Source of the DNA: Thermoanaerobaculia bacterium
GTDB taxonomy: Bacteria > Acidobacteriota > Thermoanaerobaculia > Gp7-AA8
Reading direction: 5' to 3'
Length of the DNA stretch: 48,943 bases
Assembly: GCA_034663965.1 (NCBI GenBank)
Contig: JAXDIO010000291.1
Location: forward strand, 1-48,943
In this document: positions 15,589 to 24,058 of the stretch, one piece after another
How the letters are laid out: the number at the start of each line of letters is the position of its first letter
How positions within the stretch are numbered: the first letter of the stretch is position 1
The notes under the pieces: model-generated
Database searches by the model: none
What the model was told of the DNA's origin: nothing
The model's input: the letters and a program-made list of their open reading frames with translations, nothing else
Program-made: the position numbers and the translations under genes

Positions 15589-17905
15589 CGCGCTGCCGTG
15601 GCGCGTGGCCGCGTTCTTCTACGCGCTCGTTTTGATCTACCTCTTCCGACCGATGACGGGGCGCTATGTCAACGTCCCGGTCGACTTCATCAACATCCTG
15701 CCGCCGTGGGGAAACTGGAACCGGCTGCGGGCGCTGTCGAATCCGGAGATGAACGATCTGGCCATGCAGATCGTGCCGTGGGCGCACCAGGCGCGCGAGG
15801 CGTGGCGCTCGCTGCACTTTCCGCTCTGGAACGCGCTGGCCGGCTGCGGCTATCCGCTGCTCGCCAATGGACAAAGTTCGGCGATGTCGCCGCTGCGCAT
15901 CCTCGCGCTTCCGCTGCCGCTCGGCTACGCGATGACCGCCGAAGCGGCGATGAAATTGTTGATCGCGCTGACGGGGATGTATTTGTTCTGCAGGCGGCGC
16001 TACGACGAATTGCCGTCCGCGATCGGCGCGATCGCGTTTGCGTTCTGCAGCTTCGGCATCACGTGGCTGCACTTTCCGATCGTCACGGTCGCGGTGTGGC
16101 TTCCGTTCGCGTTTCTGGCGATCGAGCTGTTGATCGAGCAGCGTACGTACCGCCGATTCCTCTTCGCGGTCATCGTCTGGACGGTGATGCTCTACGGCGG
16201 TCATCCGGAAACGGTCACGCACGTCTCGTTTTTCGGAGGACTCTTCGCGCTCTGGGTTGCATTCGTCGAGCGCGCGGCGCCGCGGCGCGACGCGATCCGC
16301 TCGCTCACTCTGACCGCGTTCGCGATCTTCGTAGCCGCGATGCTGGCGTCGCCGTTCATCGCCACGTTCGCGGAGACGGTGAAGAAGTCGCAGCGGTTTC
16401 AGGAGCTGCAGGTTCACGCGAACGACGAGCCGCCATTCTCCGATTTCCCATCGGCCATCGGCACCTTCCAGCCGAATTTCTACGGCCATGCGCCGCGCGA
16501 AAAACCGTGGGGGCCTGCCACCGCCGAGTCCATCACTGGCTTTGCCGGCATTCTCTGCATCGCCTCCTGGTTCGCGCTCCTCTTTCGCGCGATCGCACAG
16601 CGCCGGTTTCGCACGCGCGAATTTTTCCTGGTCATCCTCGCGCTCGTCGCCGCCGGCATCGTTTTCAACTGGCCCGTGATCAGCGCGGTCTTCCACTTCG
16701 TCTTCCGCCTTGCGGCGAATGCGCGGCTTCGCCTCTTCCTCTGCTGGATCGGCGCGGCGTTGACCGCGGCGGCGATCGACAGCGCGCGCCGCGAGCGTTC
16801 CATTCACTTCCTTGCCGGCGTACTGACCACGGCCGCGATCCTGCTCTGGCTCATGCTGACGCGATCGTTCCCATCGCCGGCGGCGAAAGACGCGGCGATG
16901 ATCGCCATCCTGCCGAGCGTGCTCGCGCTCGTTCTGTCGACGCTCTTCGTACTGCAGGCGCGCGGACGTCACATCGCGGCGATGCTCGTAAGCGTCGCGC
17001 TCCTCGCGGAGCTTTGGACGGCGACGGACGGGTGGAATCCGGTGTTGCCGTCCGAGGCGATGTATCCGAAGACGCCGCTGATCGAGAAGTTGCAGCGGCT
17101 GCAGAACGCGACGCCCCGCAATGCGCCGTTCCGCATCGTCGGCATCGGCGCGGCACTCTTTCCGAACGCGCAGGCGATGTACGGCTTCGCCGACATCCGC
17201 ACCCATGACCCGATGGCCTTCGGCCGCTACCTCGGCCTGCTCCGGCTGCTCACGAACTACGAAACGCCTGAATACTTCGCCAAATGGTCGAACGCGAAAA
17301 CGCCGCTCCTGAACTATCTCAATGTGCGCTATCTCGTCGGCGATCGCGGCCTCGATCCCGGCGATCCTCTCCGCTATCAGCTGGTGTACGACGGCCGCGA
17401 CGGACGCATTTTCGAAAACCGCGAGGTGAAGCCGCGCTTCTTCGCCGCGCACGACATCGTCCTCGAGTTTCAACACGATCGCTTCGCGCAGACGCTGACC
17501 GAACACGATTTCTCCAAGCAGACCGTCGTCAACATCCTCCCGGTCGATAGCGACCGCATGCGCAACGACCTGCTGGCGCCGAAGAGCGATCCAACCGTAC
17601 AGATCGTCGACGCCGCGGACACGAGCTTCCGTCTGCACATTCGCTCGCCGCGGCACGCGCTCATCGTCAGCAGTCAGCCGTGGTGGCCGGGCTGGCGCGT
17701 TTCCCGGAACGGCCAGAGCATCACGCCGCAACTCGTCAACGGCGCGTTCCTCGGCTTCACGATTCCGCCCGGCGATTGGGACATCCGTATCGACTACTTC
17801 CCCGCGTCGTTCTACGGCGGACTGGCGGGAGCGATCGTCACAGCGCTGCTGCTGATCGCCTGGCCGGTACTCAACCAGCGGCGAAGCCGCGCGCGAGAGC
17901 CCTGA
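15503..17905 (+). CDS. YfhO-like integral membrane glycosyltransferase (GT-C), paralog 2
   Basis: 800-aa multi-pass protein with a GTG start. It shares the same conserved blocks as paralog 1 and overlaps it by 86 nt. Confidence 0.75.
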   Translation: MFNATWIYTGVLYAIVIACARRWIPAVRDALPWRVAAFFYALVLIYLFRPMTGRYVNVPVDFINILPPWGNWNRLRALSNPEMNDLAMQIVPWAHQAREAWRSLHFPLWNALAGCGYPLLANGQSSAMSPLRILALPLPLGYAMTAEAAMKLLIALTGMYLFCRRRYDELPSAIGAIAFAFCSFGITWLHFPIVTVAVWLPFAFLAIELLIEQRTYRRFLFAVIVWTVMLYGGHPETVTHVSFFGGLFALWVAFVERAAPRRDAIRSLTLTAFAIFVAAMLASPFIATFAETVKKSQRFQELQVHANDEPPFSDFPSAIGTFQPNFYGHAPREKPWGPATAESITGFAGILCIASWFALLFRAIAQRRFRTREFFLVILALVAAGIVFNWPVISAVFHFVFRLAANARLRLFLCWIGAALTAAAIDSARRERSIHFLAGVLTTAAILLWLMLTRSFPSPAAKDAAMIAILPSVLALVLSTLFVLQARGRHIAAMLVSVALLAELWTATDGWNPVLPSEAMYPKTPLIEKLQRLQNATPRNAPFRIVGIGAALFPNAQAMYGFADIRTHDPMAFGRYLGLLRLLTNYETPEYFAKWSNAKTPLLNYLNVRYLVGDRGLDPGDPLRYQLVYDGRDGRIFENREVKPRFFAAHDIVLEFQHDRFAQTLTEHDFSKQTVVNILPVDSDRMRNDLLAPKSDPTVQIVDAADTSFRLHIRSPRHALIVSSQPWWPGWRVSRNGQSITPQLVNGAFLGFTIPPGDWDIRIDYFPASFYGGLAGAIVTALLLIAWPVLNQRRSRAREP

Positions 17906-18059
17906 CCGGAGCGCTGGCGTCACGCCGGCTGGCCCGGCGGCGTCCTCGCCGCCGAATGTGAGGCTTGCGCAGACGTTGTGTTACCAGCGAAATTTGAGGG
18001 TTTGGCGGTTCGGCGGCGAGACGCGCGCCGAGCCAGCCGGCGTGACGCCAGCGCTCCGG
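17906..18059. repeat. GC-rich compound palindrome with a perfect 27-bp terminal inverted repeat ccggagcgctggcgtcacgccggctgg
   Basis: Read directly. Each arm also contains a local hairpin (ggcggcg-tcct-cgccgcc). The element fills the convergent gap. Confidence 0.85.
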
Positions 18060-18068
18060 CTGTTCGCG

Positions 18069-19640
18069 TTAGCCCGCTGTAATCCGTGTGGAACGCAGAA
18101 TCAGAATCGTTCCGCCGAGGATGATGATCGCGATCGGGATCAACGAGCGCGCGTCGCCCGGACCGGTGGCCAGCTCACCGATATTGAAGCTGGCCCACTC
18201 GGATGCCGCATCGTCCGGCGTGTGACGGGCGAAGACGATCGCTTCATCGAGCGTCATGCGATTGACCGATGTGTGACCGGTGAATGTAGCCGCCGACCAT
18301 GGAGGCGTGATCGGTACGGCTGGTGAAAAGTGTCCGTGCAAAAGCAGCGGGACGATGTACTGCGTCAATGGGCGAGGGATCGTCGCGGATGGCTGCGGAT
18401 CGACGGCGACAGCGGCGAAGTTGATCGCGAACGAGATCGCCGCGGCGAGATAGACGATCGTTCGCACGCGAACGTGCAGCAGCGCGATCGCGAAGAGCGG
18501 AATCAGCGGCACGAGGTAGCGGCCACCGATTCCGAAACCGCCTTCCCATCCGTTGAAACTGATGTTGAACGCGAAGAACGCGGCGATCACGAGCAGCGAC
18601 GCCGCGCAAACGGTTCGTTCCGCACGCCACCACGCGCGAAATCCGAACAGCGCCACGAGGAGAACCGGCGCGAAGAAGAACAGGCCGCGATACGGCGAGA
18701 GCGTGACGGCGTACATGACGCCGGGCATTGGCAATTGGAAGACACCCATCGCCGCACCGGGCGTTAGAAAACGCGAGTCTTCGTGCGCGATGCTGATGGC
18801 GAAGATGCTGCCGAAGCAGAGGTACTGATACGCCGCAAGCGCGGCGAGCGGTGCGATCGACCCTGCTGCGTACCGCCCGAGGGCGCGGCGATCGATGAAT
18901 GCGAAGACGATAAGCGCCGGAGCGCAGAGGTAGTTCATGGCCGTCGCCAATGCCGCGGCGAAACCGGCTCGCCCTCGGTGTGGCGTCGTCAACGCGTAGA
19001 GAAGCAACGCCGCGCTCGGGACGTGCAGCATGAACATCGTCGCGTACGGCAAGACCTGCGTCGCCAGCACCGAGGACATCGCTACGATCACCGCCCAGCG
19101 TGCGTGAATGCCGCGCCGTCGGGCGTAGAGGAAAATCATTGGCGGGATCAGTGACGCGGGCAACGCCACGCAAAGAAGACTACAGATCCAGGCGTTGATC
19201 GTCAGCAGCGTGGCATCGCCCGGATCCGCGCCGCGCGCGCTCTCGATCGAGTGCAGCGCCGCGTATGGAATCGCCGCCAGCCACGATAGCGCTGGCGACT
19301 TATTCGAGTAGATATGGCCGTTCGCAACGGCGACGTCGCCGGTGTTACGCGCCAGCGAATCGATCGCGAACGTGTGCCGCTCGACAATGGCGCGCGTCAG
19401 ATCGAACTGCGAGTTCTGGTTCCATCCGCCCCCGGCGAAAAAGTAGCCGCACGCGACGAAAGTAAGAATCGCGAGCCACTCGGCGATTCGCTTGTCGCTC
19501 TTCGAAATGTTGAGTGTTGAATGTTGAATGTTGAATGTTAATTGGTTCGCGGACTTAACCCCCAGCTTCTCTACGCTTCGGTCGCGCCGATCACGCCTCC
19601 CATCACTGGAAGCACGATTCCCGTGATGTAGCTCGCGCAA
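18069..19640 (-). CDS. Integral membrane protein, putative GT-C-type glycosyltransferase; start codon unresolved
   Basis: Multi-pass ORF open up to 19769. It has a conserved-looking first loop (NQNSQFDLTRAIVERHTFAIDS...HIYSNKSPALSW). No ATG, GTG or TTG lies between the SDR stop (19571) and the first TM. Candidate starts are TTG 19640, ATG 19769 and CTG 19565. Confidence 0.55.
   Translation of the reverse strand: MRELHHGNRASSDGRRDRRDRSVEKLGVKSANQLTFNIQHSTLNISKSDKRIAEWLAILTFVACGYFFAGGGWNQNSQFDLTRAIVERHTFAIDSLARNTGDVAVANGHIYSNKSPALSWLAAIPYAALHSIESARGADPGDATLLTINAWICSLLCVALPASLIPPMIFLYARRRGIHARWAVIVAMSSVLATQVLPYATMFMLHVPSAALLLYALTTPHRGRAGFAAALATAMNYLCAPALIVFAFIDRRALGRYAAGSIAPLAALAAYQYLCFGSIFAISIAHEDSRFLTPGAAMGVFQLPMPGVMYAVTLSPYRGLFFFAPVLLVALFGFRAWWRAERTVCAASLLVIAAFFAFNISFNGWEGGFGIGGRYLVPLIPLFAIALLHVRVRTIVYLAAAISFAINFAAVAVDPQPSATIPRPLTQYIVPLLLHGHFSPAVPITPPWSAATFTGHTSVNRMTLDEAIVFARHTPDDAASEWASFNIGELATGPGDARSLIPIAIIILGGTILILRSTRITAG
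19509..19543. repeat. Solo GTTGAAT heptad array (gttgagt gttgaat gttgaat gttgaat gttaatt) with no partner arm
   Basis: Read directly. No complementary array lies within 300 nt. Confidence 0.8.
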
Positions 19641-20569
19641 ACAGGCGAGGCGAGGAAGACATAGGCCGGCGCGATCTCTTCCGGTTGCGCGGGACGCTTC
19701 ATCGACGTGCCGTGGCCGAAGTCGGAGATCTTCGTGGCCGGCTGGTCGGCCGGATTCAGCGGCGTCCACACCGGACCGGGAGCGACGGCGTTCACGCGAA
19801 TCCCTTTCGGCGCGAGATTCGTGGCCAGCGATTTCGTGAAGGCGTGGATCGCGCCTTTGGTCGCCGAATAGTCGAGCAGGATCGGCTGCCCGAAGATGCC
19901 GGTCTCCGAGCCGCTGTTGATGATCGAGCTTCCTTCGCCGAGGTGGGGGAGTGCCGCTTTGACGAAATGAAAGTAGCCGTAGATGTTCGTGCGGAACGTG
20001 AGATCGAGATGCTCCTCGGTGATCTGATCGATCGATTCGGCGTGCTCCTGAAACGCGGCGTTGTTGACGAGGATATCGAGCCCGCCGAATTCGGCGACGG
20101 TCCGCTCGACCGCATCGATCGCGAACTGCGGATCCTTCACATCACCCGGCAGCAGCAGACAGCGCCGTTTCTCATCCCGTTCGATGACGCGCTTCGTTTC
20201 CTCGGCATCAACCTGTTCGACATCGAGGTAGACGATGGCCACGTCCGCTCCTTCGCGCGCGAAGAGCACGGCCACGGCGCGGCCGATGCCTGAATCGCCG
20301 CCGGTGATCAGCGCGACCTTCCCGTCGAGCTTTCCGCTGCCGCGATACTCCGGATTGCGAAACTGCGGCCGCGGCTTGAGCTTCGCCTCGATGCCCGGCT
20401 TGACCTGATGCTGCTTCGGCATCGGGTTCTCGTGATGCTTGGTTGCGCCGGCCTGAATGGCTTTGTCGGACTTTTTTTTCGAGGACGACTTTTTCTTATC
20501 CGCCGCGTCGATCTCGCGCTGAACCTTCCGCTGCCTGGCAACGGTCGCCGCTGTTTTCTTGCTTGCCAT
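19571..20569 (-). CDS. SDR family oxidoreductase (YhdF/YghA general-stress-protein-39-like) with a Lys-rich N-terminal extension
   Basis: GKVALITGGDSGIGRAVAVLFAREGADV, NNAA, and the region around SATKGAIHAFTKSLA. Confidence 0.85.
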   Translation of the reverse strand: MASKKTAATVARQRKVQREIDAADKKKSSSKKKSDKAIQAGATKHHENPMPKQHQVKPGIEAKLKPRPQFRNPEYRGSGKLDGKVALITGGDSGIGRAVAVLFAREGADVAIVYLDVEQVDAEETKRVIERDEKRRCLLLPGDVKDPQFAIDAVERTVAEFGGLDILVNNAAFQEHAESIDQITEEHLDLTFRTNIYGYFHFVKAALPHLGEGSSIINSGSETGIFGQPILLDYSATKGAIHAFTKSLATNLAPKGIRVNAVAPGPVWTPLNPADQPATKISDFGHGTSMKRPAQPEEIAPAYVFLASPVCASYITGIVLPVMGGVIGATEA

Positions 20570-20645
20570 GAGCTTCCTCCGAGGTGACTCGGAATGCTCG
20601 GGACGTGCCGGGACGGCGCCAGCGGCTCGCTGGCGGATGACGAGG

Positions 20646-20824
20646 CTACTCGTCTAGCAACGCATCAGCGCCGAACGTCTCGATGTGACACCGAATGGCT
20701 GAGCGAACATCGGCCAATGCTTCGTCGTAGGTATCGCCTCACCGACCACGACGCCACGCATTCCTATCGGATAGCCGACGTATCCGTCGTCATGCTTCTC
20801 GACGATGATTTTGATGGGCCTCAC
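20646..20824 (-). pseudogene. HicB-like (UPF0150/HicB_lk_antitox) antitoxin-fold gene with an apparent 1-nt frameshift
   Basis: Frame A from GTG 20824 reads MRPIKIIVEKHDDGYVGYPIGMRGVVVGE. After ggtgag|gcgatacc the family-typical continuation GDTYDEALADVRSAIRCHIETFGADALLDE* sits in another frame. Restoring one G gives a 59-aa protein. Confidence 0.55.
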
Positions 20825-20846
20825 GTATGCCAGTATCGCACGCACA

Positions 20847-20976
20847 ACGGAGCGCTGCCGTCTCGGCGGCTGGCCCGGCGGCGTCTCGCCGCCGACCCGG
20901 CAAGCACCAAACATTTGCTAGTAACCCGGCGGCGGGACGCACGCCGAGCCAGCCGGCGGGGACGCCAGCGTTCCGT
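20847..20976. repeat. GC-rich compound palindrome, same family as 13175-13319 and 17906-18059
   Basis: Shared arm strings ggctggcccggcggcgtctcgccgcc and gccagccggcgg.gacgccagcg. Confidence 0.75.
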
Positions 20977-20985
20977 CGCAAAAAG

Positions 20986-22158
20986 CTACGGCCGCATCAC
21001 CACCTTGATGCATTCATCTTCCTTGTCGCGGAACGTCCGGTACATCGCCGGCGCATCGTCCAGCCGAACGCGGTGTGTGATCAGGAACGACGGATCGATC
21101 TCGTCGCGTTCGATGCGGGCCAGGAGGGCGCGCACGTACTTTTGCACGTGGGCCTGTCCCATTTTCAGCGTCAGGCCTTTGCCGAAGGCGGCGCCGAAGG
21201 GGATCTTGTCGATGAAGCCGCCGTAGACGCCGGGGATCGAGACGGTGCCGCCTTTGCGGCAACAGTGCAGCGCCTGGCGGAGTGCGTGGGCGCGGTCGAA
21301 CTCGATGCGCATCACCTGCTTCACGCGGTCGTAGAGCGCGTCGGCGGTGTGGCCGTGCGCCTCCATGCCGACGGCGTCGATGCAGCAGTCGGGACCGCGG
21401 CCGCCGGTCATCTCTTTCAGCACGTCGTAGACATCGTCTACTTCTTCGAAATCGACGACTTCCGCGTTGCACGCTTCGCGGGCGAGGCGCATCCGTTCGG
21501 GGACGCGATCGATGGCGATCACGCGCGACGCACCGAACATCCACGCGCTCTTCATCGCGAAGAGGCCGACCGGACCGCAGCCCCAGACCGCGACAACATC
21601 GCCGGGCTTGATGTCGCAGTTGTCGGCGGCGAAGTAGCCGGTCGGGAAGATGTCGGTCAGGAAGAGCACCTTCTCGTCGGGCAGACCGTTGGGGATCTTG
21701 ACGGGATTGATGTCGGCAAACGGCACGCGCACGTACTCGGCCTGACCGCCGGCGTAGCCGCCGTACATGTGCGAGTAACCGTAGAGAGCCGCGCCGCCGA
21801 AGCCGTACATCGCCTCGACCATCCACGCGTTCGGATTGGTGTTGTCGCACAGCGACCATTGACCGTTCTTGCAGAACCAGCAGCGTCCGCAGCAGATCGG
21901 AAACGGCACGATGACGCGGTCGCCCACTTTCAGATTCTTTACCTCGGCGCCAACCTCGACGACCTCGCCCATGAACTCGTGGCCGAGGATGTCGCCTTTC
22001 ATCATTGTGGGAATGTAGCCGTCGTAGATGTGGAGATCGGAGCCGCAGATGGCGGTGAGGGTCACGCGCACGATGGCGTCGTGCGGATTGATGATCTTCG
22101 GATCGGGGACGTTCTCCACGCGAACGTCGGTCTTTCCGAACCAGCAGACTGCTTTCAT
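20986..22158 (-). CDS. Zinc-dependent alcohol dehydrogenase family protein (glutathione-independent formaldehyde dehydrogenase-like)
   Basis: MKAVCWFGK...[10 protein letters not shown]...[12 protein letters not shown] and GCGPVGL Rossmann motifs. Confidence 0.9.
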   Translation of the reverse strand: MKAVCWFGKTDVRVENVPDPKIINPHDAIVRVTLTAICGSDLHIYDGYIPTMMKGDILGHEFMGEVVEVGAEVKNLKVGDRVIVPFPICCGRCWFCKNGQWSLCDNTNPNAWMVEAMYGFGGAALYGYSHMYGGYAGGQAEYVRVPFADINPVKIPNGLPDEKVLFLTDIFPTGYFAADNCDIKPGDVVAVWGCGPVGLFAMKSAWMFGASRVIAIDRVPERMRLAREACNAEVVDFEEVDDVYDVLKEMTGGRGPDCCIDAVGMEAHGHTADALYDRVKQVMRIEFDRAHALRQALHCCRKGGTVSIPGVYGGFIDKIPFGAAFGKGLTLKMGQAHVQKYVRALLARIERDEIDPSFLITHRVRLDDAPAMYRTFRDKEDECIKVVMRP

Positions 22159-22949
22159 CGCATCACCTCCGCCAGGCGTTCGCGAAGTTTTGCGCGATGC
22201 GGGAGGCCGTTCGGCTGGCCGGTGGTCGAGGCGATCTCGCCGGTCTCGAGCAGCATCTTCAACGCGCGCAAGTCTTCTTTGACCTGATGCGCGGGATCTT
22301 CGCCGAGGAGCTTCGCGGTCATCGCGCCGAGGAGACCGCCGGGCGGGTCGTAGCGGAGGATGACTTTGACGTCAGTGCCGCGATCGGCCGGGTTTTGTTT
22401 GAAGTGAACCGAGCCGGCGTTGTCGACCTGCGAGCCTTCGATCGAGCGCCAGCCAATCAGCTCATTCGGGATCTCATTGATGATCTCGGCGTCCCATTCC
22501 GCATCGCTGCCAGCGGGGCCTTTCGTCATCCAGTGCGAGCGTTTGGCATCGATCACCGTCACCGATTTCAGGTGCGACATGAACCGCGGCAGGTTCTCGA
22601 AATTGCGGAAGAACGTGTAGATCTCTCCGGGCGGCAGTCCGATGGTGACCGTCTGTTCGACGCGCACGCCGCGTCCGTACGGGACGCTGACTTTGGATGT
22701 GTCGTGATCGGATTCCGGAACGGTGGTGAGGCCGAGGGCATCGTAGACGGCGCAATAGCCACTGGCGCCGCGCCACACCAGTCCGGCGCCGGCGGCGGCG
22801 ACGGTGATGCCGGCGATGGAGCGGCGCGAGAGTCCGTACGCGGCCACGGCGCTGCCGATGACCACCGACAGCCAGCGCTCGCGGCTGTTCACGTTTTGCG
22901 ATGAGTGAGAGTTTTGCGATGCGGGAGAAAGGATTTCTGCGCTTTGCAT
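22155..22949 (-). CDS. DUF2892-like membrane anchor fused to an SRPBCC (polyketide cyclase/dehydrase-like) ligand-binding domain
   Basis: [16 protein letters not shown]...[10 protein letters not shown] (YgaP-like TM hairpin), then [18 protein letters not shown]...[15 protein letters not shown]. The stop overlaps the ADH start by 4 nt. The start is uncertain (22949, 22976 or 23051). Confidence 0.65.
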   Translation of the reverse strand: MQSAEILSPASQNSHSSQNVNSRERWLSVVIGSAVAAYGLSRRSIAGITVAAAGAGLVWRGASGYCAVYDALGLTTVPESDHDTSKVSVPYGRGVRVEQTVTIGLPPGEIYTFFRNFENLPRFMSHLKSVTVIDAKRSHWMTKGPAGSDAEWDAEIINEIPNELIGWRSIEGSQVDNAGSVHFKQNPADRGTDVKVILRYDPPGGLLGAMTAKLLGEDPAHQVKEDLRALKMLLETGEIASTTGQPNGLPHRAKLRERLAEVMR

Positions 22950-23016
22950 GACGCGCAACGAAAGAGCATGAGACATGCCTGCCGCCGCTCGAAGGAGGCG
23001 AATTACAATCCGCGCC

Positions 23017-23979
23017 ATGCCGACCGCCGCACCGCCTGTCCGACCCGTCACGCTCGATGAGATTTACGCCGCACGCGAACGAATTCGCGGCGTCATCACG
23101 CGCACGCCGCTCATCAAGTTCCGGCATGGAACCCCGGCGCCGGAGATCTGGCTCAAGCTCGACAATCTGCAGCCGATCAACGCGTTCAAAATCCGCGGCG
23201 CTGCGAATGCCGTGGCGATGCTCACACCCGAGGAGCGCGCGAAGGGTGTGTGGACCATCAGCGCGGGAAATGCGGGGCAGGGCGTCGCGTTCGCAGCCGG
23301 CGAATACGGGATTCCGTGTACGGTCGTTGCGATCGAAACCGCGCCTGAAACGAAAATCGAGCGCATGCGCAACCTCGGCGCGCGCATTGTCAAAGTGCCG
23401 TTCGACGTGGCGTGGCGCGCGATGGACGAGCGCGCGGTCGAAGGTGTCGAAGGGACGTTCATTCATCCGTTCGACGATCACAATTTCATTGCCGGCAATG
23501 CCTCGCTCGGATTGGAAATCCTCGAAGACCTGCCGTCGGTGCGGACCGTCATCGCCGCGATCGGCGGCGGTGGACTCGTCTCCGGCATCGGCAGCTCCAT
23601 CCGCCAGCTCGCGCCGCACGTGAAGATCCTCGGCGCGGAGCCGGAGACCGCTGCGCCGGGCGCGCGCTCATTCGAGAAAGGGTCGGCGCAAGCGTTCGAA
23701 GAGTTTCAGCCGTCATTCGTCGACGGCGCCGGCGGCAAGAGCGTCTTCCCGCGCATGTGGGAGCGGATGCAGGGCATCGTCGATGGCTCGATCGTAGTGA
23801 CGCTCGACGAAACGAAACGCGCCATGCGCATGGTGGCCGAAAAAGTGCGCGTCATCGCGGAAGGGGCGGGCGCGTTGTCGGTCGCGGCGGCGTTGAGGGG
23901 AAAGGCCGAGGGACCGATTGTCGCAGTGATCTCCGGCGGGAACATCGATTTGAAGAAGTTCGCGGAGTTGGTGACCTAA
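23017..23979 (+). CDS. PLP-dependent threonine/serine dehydratase family enzyme (PALP fold)
   Basis: LKLDNLQPINAFKIRGAAN (PLP lysine), GNAGQGVA and a GGGGL glycine loop. I prefer the ATG at 23017 to 22975. Confidence 0.85.
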   Translation: MPTAAPPVRPVTLDEIYAARERIRGVITRTPLIKFRHGTPAPEIWLKLDNLQPINAFKIRGAANAVAMLTPEERAKGVWTISAGNAGQGVAFAAGEYGIPCTVVAIETAPETKIERMRNLGARIVKVPFDVAWRAMDERAVEGVEGTFIHPFDDHNFIAGNASLGLEILEDLPSVRTVIAAIGGGGLVSGIGSSIRQLAPHVKILGAEPETAAPGARSFEKGSAQAFEEFQPSFVDGAGGKSVFPRMWERMQGIVDGSIVVTLDETKRAMRMVAEKVRVIAEGAGALSVAAALRGKAEGPIVAVISGGNIDLKKFAELVT

Positions 23980-24058
23980 AAGGCCTTTTCACCACAAAGG
24001 CACAAAGGACACAAAGAAATCTTCGTGACCTTTGTGTCGTTGTGGTTCATTCGCCTTT
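23979..24058. repeat. CACAAAG-armed palindrome (second copy)
   Basis: ccacaaag gcacaaag gacacaaag / loop / cctttgtgtcgttgtgg. It spans the convergent gap and overlaps the stop at 24047-24049. Confidence 0.8.

Noticed and set aside
15488-17923. 811-aa ORF on the minus strand, the longest ORF in this part of the track
   Set aside because: It is antisense to the YfhO-like gene and extremely Arg/Asp/Glu/Pro-rich (RRR, RDR runs), with no hydrophobic core or motif. This is a typical high-GC shadow ORF. The same reasoning applies to 13165..14694(-), 1222..2505(-), 9900..11696(+), 20827..22287(+), 22474..23619(-), 7631..8572(+), 25718..26764(+) and 13638..15284(+).
20570-20985. Search for a hicA toxin partner of the hicB-like gene
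   Set aside because: Only 77 nt lie downstream, and the upstream side is a compound palindrome. No ORF there has a YcfA/HicA-like sequence.
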